From: Gemmatimonadota bacterium
Lineage (GTDB): Bacteria; Gemmatimonadota; Gemmatimonadetes; Gemmatimonadales; GWC2-71-9
Reading direction: 5' to 3'
Length of the DNA stretch: 64,000 bases
Assembly (NCBI GenBank): GCA_036679645.1
Contig: JAZDCY010000035.1
Coordinates: forward strand, 32,001-96,000
Part shown: piece after piece, positions 40,232 to 49,682 of the stretch
Layout: each line of letters starts with the position of its first letter
Numbering within the stretch: the first letter of the stretch is position 1
Notes under the pieces: model-generated
What the model saw: the letters and a program-made list of their open reading frames with translations, nothing else
The model's database searches: none
Told to the model about the DNA's origin: nothing
Position numbers and translations under genes: made by a program

Positions 40232-41577
40232 GGCGCCTCGCGGTCGGGAAGGAGATGGGGGATGGCACGTTCGAGTCGCATGCCACGCGACGCTTTCAGC
40301 AATATGAACTCGTTGCCCCTGAGCCGGCCGGCAACCGCGCGCCCCAGGTCGTCGGCGTCATCCGCCACGATCAGTCTGTCACCGAGGGCCGACCGATGCC
40401 GCTCGAGTGCGGGGACGAAGGCCCCGACGGCGCCAATCAGCATTGGGTCCGCCGCGAGAATCAGATCCGCTACCCGGTCGTGCTCCGCCTGAGAGGCGGA
40501 CCCCAACTCTAGCATCGTCCCGACGACGACCACCAGCGGGCGGTGGCCGCGCAGGGATTCCACCGTCGCGAGCGCGGCCTCGACCGAGGCCGGGTTCGCG
40601 TTGTACGTGTCGTCGAGCACAACGCGCTCGCCGGCGCGCAGCAAATCACAGCGTCCGGCCGGAAGCCGCACGCCCTCTAGCGCGCCCGCTGCACGCGCCA
40701 CATCCACGTCGAGCACCCGGCCTGTGGCGAGCGCGAGCATAGCGTTGTCCCCTTGATGGCGCCCGATCGCCGGGATTGTGGCGCGCGCGCCCGCGACCTC
40801 CAGCACACAACGTCCGTCGGGATCGAGGTGCCATGCGTCTGGATGGACATCCGCATTCGGCTCGAGTCCGGCAGTCACCACCCGTTGGCTCGAGGCTCGG
40901 GCACGCGTCACGAGTTCGGGGGGCGTCGTCCCAACAATCGCCACCGGCACACCCTGGAGCAGTGAGACCTTCTCGTCCAAGACGCCGCGTTCGGATCCGA
41001 AGCCCTCTACATGTCCCCGCGTGACGTTCGTGATCACACCAATGGTCGGTGCGATCACTTCACGCAACCTGCCGATCTCGCCGAGTTCGCTGGCTCCTGC
41101 TTCGACGACCAGCGCGTCGGTACTTTGCGGAGCACCGAGGATCGTGAGGGGGACACCGATCTCGTTGTTCAGATTCGCTCGCGTGGCATGGACTTGCCAG
41201 GACGTCCCCAAAACGGCTGCGATGAATTCCTTGGTAGACGTCTTCCCGTTCGTCCCGGTGACGGCGACAACTGGCCCGGCAATCTGACGCCGACGGTGGT
41301 GCGCCAATCGGCCGAGCGCACGGAGGGTATCGTCCACCACGAAGAGGGTGAGGTCGGGAACGTCGGGAGTGCCTCGCCTCACGACCGCGCCCGCCGCCCC
41401 GCGATGCCGCGCGTCGTCCAGGAACGCGTGGCCGTCGTACCGGGCTCCTTCGAGCGCTACATACAGCTCACCGCGCCCAAGCGTTCGCGTATCGGTGGAA
41501 ACGCCGGTGAAGCGCCCCTCGTTGGGAGCGCTCGTGCCGAGTGCCTCCGCGACGGCCGCAGCTGTCCACGTGGTCAC
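40213..41577 (-). CDS. murF: UDP-MurNAc-tripeptide--D-Ala-D-Ala ligase
   Basis: TGTNGKTSTKE, NNEIGVPLT, DTYNANP, LKASRG. Confidence 0.96.
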   Translation of the reverse strand: MTTWTAAAVAEALGTSAPNEGRFTGVSTDTRTLGRGELYVALEGARYDGHAFLDDARHRGAAGAVVRRGTPDVPDLTLFVVDDTLRALGRLAHHRRRQIAGPVVAVTGTNGKTSTKEFIAAVLGTSWQVHATRANLNNEIGVPLTILGAPQSTDALVVEAGASELGEIGRLREVIAPTIGVITNVTRGHVEGFGSERGVLDEKVSLLQGVPVAIVGTTPPELVTRARASSQRVVTAGLEPNADVHPDAWHLDPDGRCVLEVAGARATIPAIGRHQGDNAMLALATGRVLDVDVARAAGALEGVRLPAGRCDLLRAGERVVLDDTYNANPASVEAALATVESLRGHRPLVVVVGTMLELGSASQAEHDRVADLILAADPMLIGAVGAFVPALERHRSALGDRLIVADDADDLGRAVAGRLRGNEFILLKASRGMRLERAIPHLLPDREAPCSTTS

Positions 41578-43037
41578 GCGGCGGCCCCTCCCAACGCCTC
41601 GTGCACGATACTGCGCTCATCGAAGGGCAGTTTCTCGGTCCCGATGATCTGGTAGGTCTCATGACCCTTGCCAGCCAGCAGAAGACAGTCGCCCGGTCCA
41701 AGAAGCGTGACAGCTTGACGAATCGCATCGCGGCGGTCGACGATCCGCATGTGCGAGGCGTCGCCCATCCCCGCCTCGATCTCGTCCACGATTGCACTTG
41801 GATCTTCTGTGCGCGGATTGTCGGAGGTCACGACGGCAAGGTCGGCGCCGCGAACGGCAACCGCTCCCATGAGGGCCCGTTTCCCCCGGTCACGGTCACC
41901 ACCGGCCCCGAAGAGCACGATCAGACGCCCGCCGGTCAGCGGCCGTAACGCGCCCAGCGCTCGCTCCAGGGCGTCGGGCGTGTGCGCGTAATCCCGCAAG
42001 ATCGTGAATGGCTCACTCCGAATGCGCTCCATGCGACCGGGTACCTGAGGCGCCGCGGCCAGCGCCACCGCGATCGCTTCGGACGAGCTGCCAAGGGCCC
42101 ACGCGGTAGCTGCCGCCGCAAGCGCGTTGTGCACGTTGAATGCGCCGAGCAGCGGCAGCCGGACGTCTGCCGCCACGCCATCGAAGGACGTGCGGAAGGT
42201 ACTGCCTGCAACGGAACATGCGACGTCGTCCGCGCGCACGACTGCACCAGCACCACGCCCATACGTCACGCGGCGGATGCCTTGCCGGATTGGCAGTGAC
42301 ACCCACGCCGGGTCATCGACATTCACGATTTCAACGCCGTCGTCGCGCAGCAGGTGGGCTAGTCGGAGCTTCGCATCCCGATAGGTGTCTTCGTCTCGGT
42401 GATAGTCGAGGTGATCGCGGGTCAGGTTTGTGAAGACAGCTGCGCGCATGGACACGTCCGCGACGCGCTGCTGATCGAGCGCATGCGACGATACCTCCAT
42501 CACGACCGTCTGCGCGCCGCTACGCAGTATCGTGGCGAGTGCTTCCTGAACCATGAACGGACCGGGAGTCGTGAGACCGGCGTCGTCGGGCAACGCGGCT
42601 CCGCTGCCGTCTATGCCTCCCAACGTGCCCAACGCCCCAACACGTCCACCGGCGTTCAAGAGATGGCGGATCAGGGTCACGGTTGTCGACTTTCCGTTGG
42701 TGCCCGTGACGCCAACCACTGTCAGCGCGTCGGCCGGCCGTTCGTACCACGCGGCGGCTGCGACCGAGGCGGCAACGCGGGAATCGCGCACGAGCAGCTG
42801 GGGGAGTGCAACGTCGAGGCGCCTCGCGACCACCAACGCCGCCGCACCGCGGTTGGCGGCATCCGTCGCGAAGTCGTGCCCGTCGGCCACGCTGCCCTCG
42901 ACAGCGAAAAAGACCATCCCCGGCCGCACGAGACGAGAGTCGTCGGTCGCACCTGTGACTGTGGGCATGGTATCGGGCCGCCCGATGAGTTGTCCCGCCC
43001 CTTCCAGCGCGTCCACCACCGCATGGATGGTACTCAT
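41574..43037 (-). CDS. murE: UDP-MurNAc-dipeptide--diaminopimelate ligase
   Basis: TGTNGKST, MEVSSH, DHLDYH, DYAHTPD, DNPR (mDAP-type), GKGHE. Confidence 0.96.
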   Translation of the reverse strand: MSTIHAVVDALEGAGQLIGRPDTMPTVTGATDDSRLVRPGMVFFAVEGSVADGHDFATDAANRGAAALVVARRLDVALPQLLVRDSRVAASVAAAAWYERPADALTVVGVTGTNGKSTTVTLIRHLLNAGGRVGALGTLGGIDGSGAALPDDAGLTTPGPFMVQEALATILRSGAQTVVMEVSSHALDQQRVADVSMRAAVFTNLTRDHLDYHRDEDTYRDAKLRLAHLLRDDGVEIVNVDDPAWVSLPIRQGIRRVTYGRGAGAVVRADDVACSVAGSTFRTSFDGVAADVRLPLLGAFNVHNALAAAATAWALGSSSEAIAVALAAAPQVPGRMERIRSEPFTILRDYAHTPDALERALGALRPLTGGRLIVLFGAGGDRDRGKRALMGAVAVRGADLAVVTSDNPRTEDPSAIVDEIEAGMGDASHMRIVDRRDAIRQAVTLLGPGDCLLLAGKGHETYQIIGTEKLPFDERSIVHEALGGAAA

Positions 43038-44962
43038 CGGGTTTCCTGCGCGACCAATCGAACGATGGTTCCGGGAGGCAGGCTGTCTCCCGATGACGGA
43101 TCTACCCGAGTCACGCGACCCCATCCATCGACGCGCGCACGGAGCCCTGCGTCGTGCACCCGGCTGAGCGCGGCGCGGAGCGTCAGGCCAACCACCTCGG
43201 GTACGACCCGCGTGCCGCCAACGGGCCGGGTCCCGCTACCGGGCCACGCGACCACGATGCGCGTTGCGCCACGGACGGGCGGGGCGGCGACGCGTGCCGG
43301 CGGTGCGACGCGACGTGGGAGCCGACTGCGATCGAGGGCTCCGGTTTGTGCGCCGAGGATCTGCTCGAGCATCAGCCGCGTGAGCGGGGCAGCCGTGAGC
43401 GTCGCATAGGTGCCCGCGGGATTCTCCAGTTTCACTACCATCGCGAGCTGCGGATCCTCAGCCGGAAAGAGCGACGCGAAGACCGCGATGTGCGAGCCCG
43501 CTACGTACCCGCCCGGGCCGGCGACTCGCGCGGTACCGGTCTTTCCCGCTACCTCGTACACGCTAAGCGCTGCGGTCGCACCCGTCCCTCCCTGCGCCGT
43601 CACACTCCGCAGCATGCCGCGCAGCCGCAGCGCCACATCCCGCGAGACGGCACGGCGAATCGGTTCGGGCCGCATGTCATACACGACCGAACCGCCCGCA
43701 TCCCGGATTTCGCGAACCAGTCTCGGGCGGAGCATGACACCGTCGTTGGCGATCGCCGCATACGCCAGGGCGAGTTGGAGTGGTGTGACCGCAACTTCGT
43801 ACCCGATCGAGAGCGCCGTTGCCGTTGTGCCGCTCCAGTTTTCGGGACGCTTGAGGATGCCACGGGATTCCGACGGGAACTCGACACCGGTCGGGGTGCC
43901 GAAGCCGAACGCCCGCAGAAACCGAAAACGCTCGGCGGGTTCGAGGCGTGACGCGAACTTCACGGTGCCGATGTTGCTGGAGACTCTAATTGCCTGTTCG
44001 AGCGTCATCCAGTCGAAGTCGAGTTCGTGATCGTCCTCGAGCACGCGGTACGGCAGCACCCAACGGCCGCCCTCCCCGTAAACGGAATCCGACAGCCCGA
44101 CCAGGCCCAGGTCGAGCAGTGCGGCGGCGGCGAAGATCTTTGCCGTGGATCCCGGTTCGAATACGGACGTGAATACGCCGGACGTACGCCGGCCGTCTGC
44201 GCGGAGCGACATGGCCGCGAGGATCTCGCCGGTGTGCGGCGCCAGCACAACGACATCCCCCCCATCCGCCCCGTAGCGGGCCACCGCCTCGCGCAGCACG
44301 GTCTCGACGATCTCTTGGACAGCGGCATCGATCGTGAGCCAGATATCGTGGCCGGCCACCGGGAACGCATCCCGCCGCGACGGCGATTCGTACACGCGAC
44401 CCCGACCGTCCCGAATCTCGACACCTCGTCCCGGTCGGCCGGTGAGCAGGGAGTCGAACACCCGCTCGATACCGCTTGCGGGACGCCCGTCGGCCGCGGG
44501 CCGCCCAAGGAGCGCCGCTGCGAGGTCGGGATCGGGGTAGAAGCGACCGAACTCGCTCAAGAGATGAACTCCACGTATGCGCCGCAGCGGGTGCACCTGG
44601 GCAGACGTGAATGTGCCGTGGTAGTACACCCACGGTTGTCGGAAATCACGGCGCAACTGGTTTTCGGGAATACCGAGCGCCCGGCTGATCAGGGAGCGAT
44701 CGGCATCGGGCGTGAGCAGCTCGCCCGGCGCAATGCCGACGTGGAAGCTCTCCTGTGTAACCGCCAGCGGTACCCCATTGCGATCGTACAACGCGCCCCG
44801 CGGCGCCGGCAACGCGACCGAGTCAGTGCGCTGGCGGGTGGCACGGCGAGCATACACCGCCCCCTGCGCAAGCTGGACCTGGGCCGCGCGCACCAGCAAC
44901 AGCGCGAACGCCATTGCGAACGCGGCGGCCAAGACCGTGAGGCGAACCTCGAGTCTGGCCAT
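43034..44962 (-). CDS. ftsI: Class B PBP FtsI with a C-terminal PASTA-like domain
   Basis: RGALYDRNG, EPGSTAK (SxxK), SSN, KTGT, then VPEVVGLTLRAA. Confidence 0.93.
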   Translation of the reverse strand: MARLEVRLTVLAAAFAMAFALLLVRAAQVQLAQGAVYARRATRQRTDSVALPAPRGALYDRNGVPLAVTQESFHVGIAPGELLTPDADRSLISRALGIPENQLRRDFRQPWVYYHGTFTSAQVHPLRRIRGVHLLSEFGRFYPDPDLAAALLGRPAADGRPASGIERVFDSLLTGRPGRGVEIRDGRGRVYESPSRRDAFPVAGHDIWLTIDAAVQEIVETVLREAVARYGADGGDVVVLAPHTGEILAAMSLRADGRRTSGVFTSVFEPGSTAKIFAAAALLDLGLVGLSDSVYGEGGRWVLPYRVLEDDHELDFDWMTLEQAIRVSSNIGTVKFASRLEPAERFRFLRAFGFGTPTGVEFPSESRGILKRPENWSGTTATALSIGYEVAVTPLQLALAYAAIANDGVMLRPRLVREIRDAGGSVVYDMRPEPIRRAVSRDVALRLRGMLRSVTAQGGTGATAALSVYEVAGKTGTARVAGPGGYVAGSHIAVFASLFPAEDPQLAMVVKLENPAGTYATLTAAPLTRLMLEQILGAQTGALDRSRLPRRVAPPARVAAPPVRGATRIVVAWPGSGTRPVGGTRVVPEVVGLTLRAALSRVHDAGLRARVDGWGRVTRVDPSSGDSLPPGTIVRLVAQETR

Positions 44963-44966
44963 GGGG

Positions 44967-45254
44967 TCAGCGTGTATCGGGCACGGGCACCTGCAGAATG
45001 ATGATCTCCGAGTCGTCGGGCAAGCGGAGTCCCAGGGATTCCGCCCGGGGCACGAGCACCGAGAGACCGGTGGCTTCCCGAATTCGCCGTTGGAGTGCCG
45101 ATTTCTCCGCTTCTGCAGCCGATCGATCTGACCGCATCTCCCGTAATTTCGCTGCGAGCACAACGCTCGCGGTCTGTCGCGTCGTGACCCATGCCAGAAC
45201 TCCCAGCAGGAACACGAGCCAGAGCACGAACATGTGCCTTCCTCTAGCCGCCAT
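44967..45254 (-). CDS. ftsL: FtsL-like cell division protein
   Basis: Short TM plus coiled coil, positioned between rsmH and ftsI. Confidence 0.7.
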   Translation of the reverse strand: MAARGRHMFVLWLVFLLGVLAWVTTRQTASVVLAAKLREMRSDRSAAEAEKSALQRRIREATGLSVLVPRAESLGLRLPDDSEIIILQVPVPDTR

Positions 45255-46159
45255 TATTCGTGCTCGAACACACGCAGTCGGGCGCTGCGCGCCCGTGGGT
45301 TGTCTGCCACCTCGGCGTCATCCGCCATGATTGGTCTTCGCGTCACGAGCCGACCTAGGGCGTGTCCTCGGCATCGACAGACCGGAAACTCCGGGGGGCA
45401 GACGCATGTACGGCACCATTCGCGAAAGGTGTGCTTCACGATTCGATCCTCGCCCGAATGATACGCGATCACCGCCAGCAACCCCGCCGGACGCAGGGCA
45501 TCCCGGAGCAGGGGTAATCCCCGCTCCAACTCCTCGAGCTCGCGATTGACCGCTATGCGCACTGCCTGAAACAGTCGCGCGAAGTCTCCGGGCCCCGACC
45601 GCGGTCCCAGCACCTGCCGGATGGCGTTCACGAGGTCGTCACTGATGGTGAACGCGTGCCGGGCCCGGCGGGCCACGATCGCCCGAGCCAACGGCCGTGC
45701 CCGCCGTTCGTCCGCATGTGTCCGGAACAGAATGGCTAGGTCCTGCTCGGACATCTCGTTGAGGAGATCCGCTGCCGAGGGTCCCTTCCCGGACATACGC
45801 ATGTCCAGCACGACGCCGGGTCGGAACGAGAACCCGCGGACATCGCAATCGATTTGGTGGGAGGAGACCCCGAGATCGAGCAATATGAAGTCGGGACCGA
45901 ACCGGGCGATAGCGGCGAGGATCTCCGGGGCCGCAAAGCAGCCACTGACCCATGTGGCGCCTTCGGTGGCTAGCCGCGCCCGCGCAGCCGTCACCGCCTC
46001 GGGATCCCGGTCGATGGCGAGCACTTCGGCACCGGCATTCCGGAGAATGGCGGTGTGGCCACCGCCCCCGGCGGTCCCGTCCACGGCGCGCCGCCGGCCC
46101 CGAGCGAGCCGGGCGATCTGCTGGGCAAGAACTGGGGTGTGAAAATCGGCGCGCGTCAT
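45254..46159 (-). CDS. rsmH: 16S rRNA m4C1402 methyltransferase
   Basis: HTPVL, GGGGH, DLGVSS, LDMRM, FQAVRIAVNREL, NPRARSARLR. Start at MTRADF. Confidence 0.96.
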   Translation of the reverse strand: MTRADFHTPVLAQQIARLARGRRRAVDGTAGGGGHTAILRNAGAEVLAIDRDPEAVTAARARLATEGATWVSGCFAAPEILAAIARFGPDFILLDLGVSSHQIDCDVRGFSFRPGVVLDMRMSGKGPSAADLLNEMSEQDLAILFRTHADERRARPLARAIVARRARHAFTISDDLVNAIRQVLGPRSGPGDFARLFQAVRIAVNRELEELERGLPLLRDALRPAGLLAVIAYHSGEDRIVKHTFREWCRTCVCPPEFPVCRCRGHALGRLVTRRPIMADDAEVADNPRARSARLRVFEHE

Positions 46160-46319
46160 GGGGAATCGAGGTAGCGGCGGACGATCCGGAGCACCCTCCC
46201 ATCGCCTATCCGGTTCTGCAGCTTTCCCACTGAGCGCCACCATGACGTTCTCGCGCGCAACCACCTGCTCCATCAGCGGGGGATTCCCAACCCCAAGTCA
46301 CCATCCATGCTGGGCACAC
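46160..46319 (-). mobile_element. Heavily deleted group IIC intron relic
   Basis: GTGTGCCCAGCATGG begins directly after a terminator U-tract. RT-like fragments MEQVVARENVMVAL and VGKLQNRIGDGRVLRIVRRYLDS follow in different frames. Confidence 0.75.
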
Positions 46320-46354
46320 AAACAAAGGGCCCCGCCGGCGATGCGGGCGGGGCC
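46320..46354 (-). terminator. Intrinsic terminator after tRNA-Asp
   Basis: 9-bp stem GGCCCCGCC/GGCGGGGCC followed by CTTTGTTT. Confidence 0.8.
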
Positions 46355-46380
46355 ACTCGACCTGCCTTGGCGCGGAACGA

Positions 46381-46455
46381 CGGGGCTGACGGGGCTCGAA
46401 CCCGCGACCTCCGGTGTGACAGACCGGCACTCTAACCAAGCTGAGCTACAGCCCC
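46381..46455 (-). tRNA. tRNA-Asp(GTC), CCA not encoded
   Basis: Acceptor GGGGCTG/CAGCCCC, anticodon arm CCGGT-CTGTCAC-ACCGG, T-arm with GGTTCGAG. Confidence 0.97.
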
Positions 46456-46472
46456 CTGATCATGAACCTTGA

Positions 46473-46501
46473 AAGCTAGAGAGATCCATCCGCGGATTCA
46501 A
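46473..46501 (-). promoter_or_regulatory. Putative sigma70 promoter of tRNA-Asp
   Basis: TTGAAT-17 bp-TAGCTT. Confidence 0.6.
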
Positions 46502-46511
46502 GCAATGCAGC

Positions 46512-48341
46512 TCACGGGCATTCCCAGGCCGGTCCGTATGTCTCCACAGCCCCCTCGTACCGCCCGACGAACTCCAGGATTTGGGTCGCGGTCTGCTCGC
46601 TGACGCTGCGCCCTGCTTCCATTGCCGCACGCGCCTTCGCGAGGCGCTCGGCCTCCAAGGTGGCCATCTCGCACGACTCCGACTCGCGGACCTGAGTATC
46701 GAGTTCTGTGACGTTGAAGAAGTACGCAAGTCCTAGGAAGAAATTCGCGGGCGTAGCGATGCTCCCCCGGAAGACGCCGGCCGAATCCGGCCGAGCTCGC
46801 AGGTCGTGCGCGATTGCCTGCTCCAACAGATGCGCCCCTAGCAGCAGGTGGGGCAGCAACCGCGCCTGGGCGATCCGGGATCCTGGGTTGTAGTACAGTG
46901 CAGCCACGTTCATTGACGTCGCGGTGTCGGTCGACCGGGCCGAGACTAGTTGCAGCAGCACATCCGCCCTCAGCAAACGGGCCGTGTCGAGTGGCGTGAT
47001 CGTGTCGATGAGGAGCGTGCTGTCCAGCAGCAACTGCGCGGCGGCGAGTGCGCTCCCGATCTGTGTCGAATCGATCCCGATGATACGATCATATGCGTCG
47101 AGTGCGCCGTCTCGATCGTCTACCGCCTTGAGCGACGCTGCTCGCGCGCGCCAAAGAGATACCACATTGGAGAACCTCTCGACGGCCTCACCCGTCCACT
47201 GCAGCATCGCTTCATGATTCTCCAGCGCCTGCGCCGCGCCGATCACCCGCTGGAAGAACACCGTATCACCAGCGAGCGACGAATCGATGGGGTACTCCTC
47301 ACTCAGCGCATCCAGCGCGCACTGCCAGATTGCACCCTCGACGCATGCGCGCGCCTTTATTTGCAGCGTTGGGAGATCGAGCGGGTTCCGATCGAGCGCG
47401 TACTGGAGCAGGTCCGCCGCTTCCTGGTAACGCCCCGCCTGAATGAACGCACCTGCGATCCCGTGGCGCAGCTGGATGTTATTGGGATCTGCTCGGAGTT
47501 GATGCTCGAACGCATCCACACCGCGTGCCGTATCGCCCGCATCCAACAGCCGGCGGCCGAGCATCGCCCAGGCGTCGTCGTTGAGCGAGTCTCCTTCGAC
47601 GGCACGCTCGAGCGCACCGATCATGCTGTCGCGCGGCTGCTGCTGCGCCTCGAACAGTAGGGCGAGACACATGGCCGCGGACGGGTGATCGCTGACCAGC
47701 GCGAAGGCCTTGTCCGCGCGGTCGTGTGCGCCTCGGAAGTCGCTTCGCTCACGACGCTCGTTGCACTGCCGCGCGAACTCGGCGGCCTTTATGTGATCGT
47801 CGAGTCCGTCGGATACGTGGCGTGCGAACCGCTCGACACCACGATCACTCGCCCCGGCGAAACGGATCCAGCCCGAGAGTCCCGAACGCGCATTGTCAAC
47901 CAGCCGTAGCGTCACGCGCAGGCTGTCGGACGCCCCGAACCACCCGACGATGTACCCGCTGGCCTGAAGGAACCGCGCCAGCGCGTTGCCGTTCTCGGGC
48001 GGCAGAATGGCGTTGCAGTCGAAGCCGGACGCTTCGAGCGCCTCGCAGATCGTTTCGGTCGGAATAATACGGAGCTTGTATCTATACTTTGATTCCATCC
48101 GGTCGCGCAGTTCACTCGCGAAGGCCACCGCGAGCGTAGAGTCGGCCCCGCCCACCGGAACCGGTGGGAGCACGAGCACGCGTTCATTCGACCGACGGCC
48201 CCCGGAGAGTTGCGCATGCAGCTCGCCGGGCGCGGCGGCGAGGACACACATCGCGACGACGACCAACGCGCCGTGCCGTTTGGAGCTTACCAACTTTCGC
48301 ACGCTACCGACCTCCGAGATACCACCATCTGATGACGCCAC
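46512..48341 (-). CDS. Exported TPR-like protein (start uncertain)
   Basis: Signal peptide followed by repeated helical TPR-like motifs (e.g. AWAMLGRRLLDAGDTARGVDAF). Confidence 0.75.
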   Translation of the reverse strand: MASSDGGISEVGSVRKLVSSKRHGALVVVAMCVLAAAPGELHAQLSGGRRSNERVLVLPPVPVGGADSTLAVAFASELRDRMESKYRYKLRIIPTETICEALEASGFDCNAILPPENGNALARFLQASGYIVGWFGASDSLRVTLRLVDNARSGLSGWIRFAGASDRGVERFARHVSDGLDDHIKAAEFARQCNERRERSDFRGAHDRADKAFALVSDHPSAAMCLALLFEAQQQPRDSMIGALERAVEGDSLNDDAWAMLGRRLLDAGDTARGVDAFEHQLRADPNNIQLRHGIAGAFIQAGRYQEAADLLQYALDRNPLDLPTLQIKARACVEGAIWQCALDALSEEYPIDSSLAGDTVFFQRVIGAAQALENHEAMLQWTGEAVERFSNVVSLWRARAASLKAVDDRDGALDAYDRIIGIDSTQIGSALAAAQLLLDSTLLIDTITPLDTARLLRADVLLQLVSARSTDTATSMNVAALYYNPGSRIAQARLLPHLLLGAHLLEQAIAHDLRARPDSAGVFRGSIATPANFFLGLAYFFNVTELDTQVRESESCEMATLEAERLAKARAAMEAGRSVSEQTATQILEFVGRYEGAVETYGPAWECP

Positions 48342-48375
48342 TCATCGACCCTGGGTCGCCCACATCTCACCTCAA

Positions 48376-48450
48376 TGGGCGAAGAGGGATTCGAACCCCC
48401 GACTTCCTGCGTGTAAAGCAGGCGCTCTGGACCAGCTGAGCTATTCGCCC
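48376..48450 (-). tRNA. tRNA-Val(TAC), CCA not encoded
   Basis: Acceptor GGGCGAA/TTCGCCC, anticodon arm CCTGC-TTTACAC-GCAGG, T-arm with GGTTCGAAT. Confidence 0.97.
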
Positions 48451-48464
48451 GCAACCAGCCCCCG

Positions 48465-48650
48465 CTACAGCGCGAGGCCGAGCGGAAAGAACACGCAATA
48501 CCCAAGCACGAGCAAGATCGGAGCCAGCGTCGTGTCCCCACCCGCGAGCAGCGCATACCCCGCAGCGAGGGACAAGACCGCCGCTGCCAGGAACGCAATG
48601 TTCCGTGGTCCGAAGTGCAGCTTGGCGGCCGACGCTCCCTTGTCCGACAT
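48465..48650 (-). CDS. Small two-TM membrane protein (DUF3098-like)
   Basis: FGPRN..TM..TLAPILLVLGY pattern. Confidence 0.65.
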   Translation of the reverse strand: MSDKGASAAKLHFGPRNIAFLAAAVLSLAAGYALLAGGDTTLAPILLVLGYCVFFPLGLAL

Positions 48651-48658
48651 AGACACTC

Positions 48659-48687
48659 AGGCTAACCGTAGGTTCCAACCCCGTCAA
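48659..48687 (-). promoter_or_regulatory. Putative sigma70 promoter of the small membrane protein and tRNA-Val
   Basis: TTGACG-17 bp-TAGCCT, 8 nt before the ATG at 48650. Confidence 0.55.
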
Positions 48688-49682
48688 GCATCGGTACTTG
48701 GGGCGTCTGGGGGGAGGACCCAGCCGTCGTCCAGTCGTGCCCGCCGGAGCTGATCGTCGCGTCGGCGACGCCACCACAACAGGCCCACCAGAACCACGGT
48801 CACGGACCAGAACACGGCAAACGACGTGAATATCTGGAGCCACCCGTAGCGGCTGCGAAGCTCACGCTGCCACAGCCCTTCGAATTGCGCCAGCGAGACC
48901 AGGTGCGTGCGCCGGACCGCCAAATCGAAACTCCGCACATCCCGCAGGTTCTCGAGGAACGGGGCGAGCCCTCGCTCGCCGCCGATCCGCTCCAGGAATA
49001 GAACCGCCGCCGTAGAGAGCGCATAGGCAGCGTGTGCGTGCGCGGGCCCCGAGCGCAGCTCCCGGTTCAACCGGGCAAACGACGGAATATTCCCTTTGGC
49101 CAGTGTCCAATTGACACCGAGCGCGTCGAGCCGACCCCACTCGGCTGCCGCGCGCGCCGCGTACCCCTCGTCGAACCAGAGCGGAATCTGCGCCCTCGTG
49201 GCGCGATGTAGCGCCAGGTGCGCCAACTCGTGCCGCAGCGTGGTCAGGGGATCGCCGGACACCCGAAGCACGATCGAGCCCGATCGGGGAAACGCCGCCG
49301 CGGCACTCCACGGCGGAAGACGGTGCGCGGTTACCGAGTCAAAACGCTCGCGCGATCGTGTCACCACCAGCCGGATCGGTAACGAGTCCACGCCGGGGAG
49401 ACCGGGCCACCGCGCCGGTCGATCTGCAAGCTCGGCCAGAGCGGTGGCGAGTGCAGCATCACCCGCCCAGTAAACGGCGACCACCCGCCCGACGCGCACC
49501 GTCTCCGGCACCTGGGCCGGCAGCGCTACGGGTACGAGGGCCGCTAGGAGCGCGGCGGCTCTTCCCCCTGGGCCACGAGATCGAGCGTCTCTTTGCAGCG
49601 TTTCCCCCAGGGATTGAACTTGTTGGCCGCGAATCCCTTCTCCCAGGTCTCGTTGGCGCCCTCTCGATCGCCGGAGTACCAA
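48684..49682 (-). CDS. Peptidase MA-like zinc metalloprotease with a C-terminal TM (true start probably near 49550-49610)
   Basis: HELAH followed by WFDEG, signal-like segment, C-terminal TM then RRRR. Confidence 0.75.
   Translation of the reverse strand: MVLRRSRGRQRDLGEGIRGQQVQSLGETLQRDARSRGPGGRAAALLAALVPVALPAQVPETVRVGRVVAVYWAGDAALATALAELADRPARWPGLPGVDSLPIRLVVTRSRERFDSVTAHRLPPWSAAAAFPRSGSIVLRVSGDPLTTLRHELAHLALHRATRAQIPLWFDEGYAARAAAEWGRLDALGVNWTLAKGNIPSFARLNRELRSGPAHAHAAYALSTAAVLFLERIGGERGLAPFLENLRDVRSFDLAVRRTHLVSLAQFEGLWQRELRSRYGWLQIFTSFAVFWSVTVVLVGLLWWRRRRDDQLRRARLDDGWVLPPDAPSTDA

Noticed and set aside
46160..46273. 38-aa N-terminal extension of RsmH, or an mraZ remnant
   Set aside because: It has no MraZ motifs. 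The peptides fit group II intron RT fragments better.
46381..48450. Genomic island bounded by the two tRNAs
   Set aside because: No integrase, no duplicated tRNA 3' end and no obvious compositional shift.
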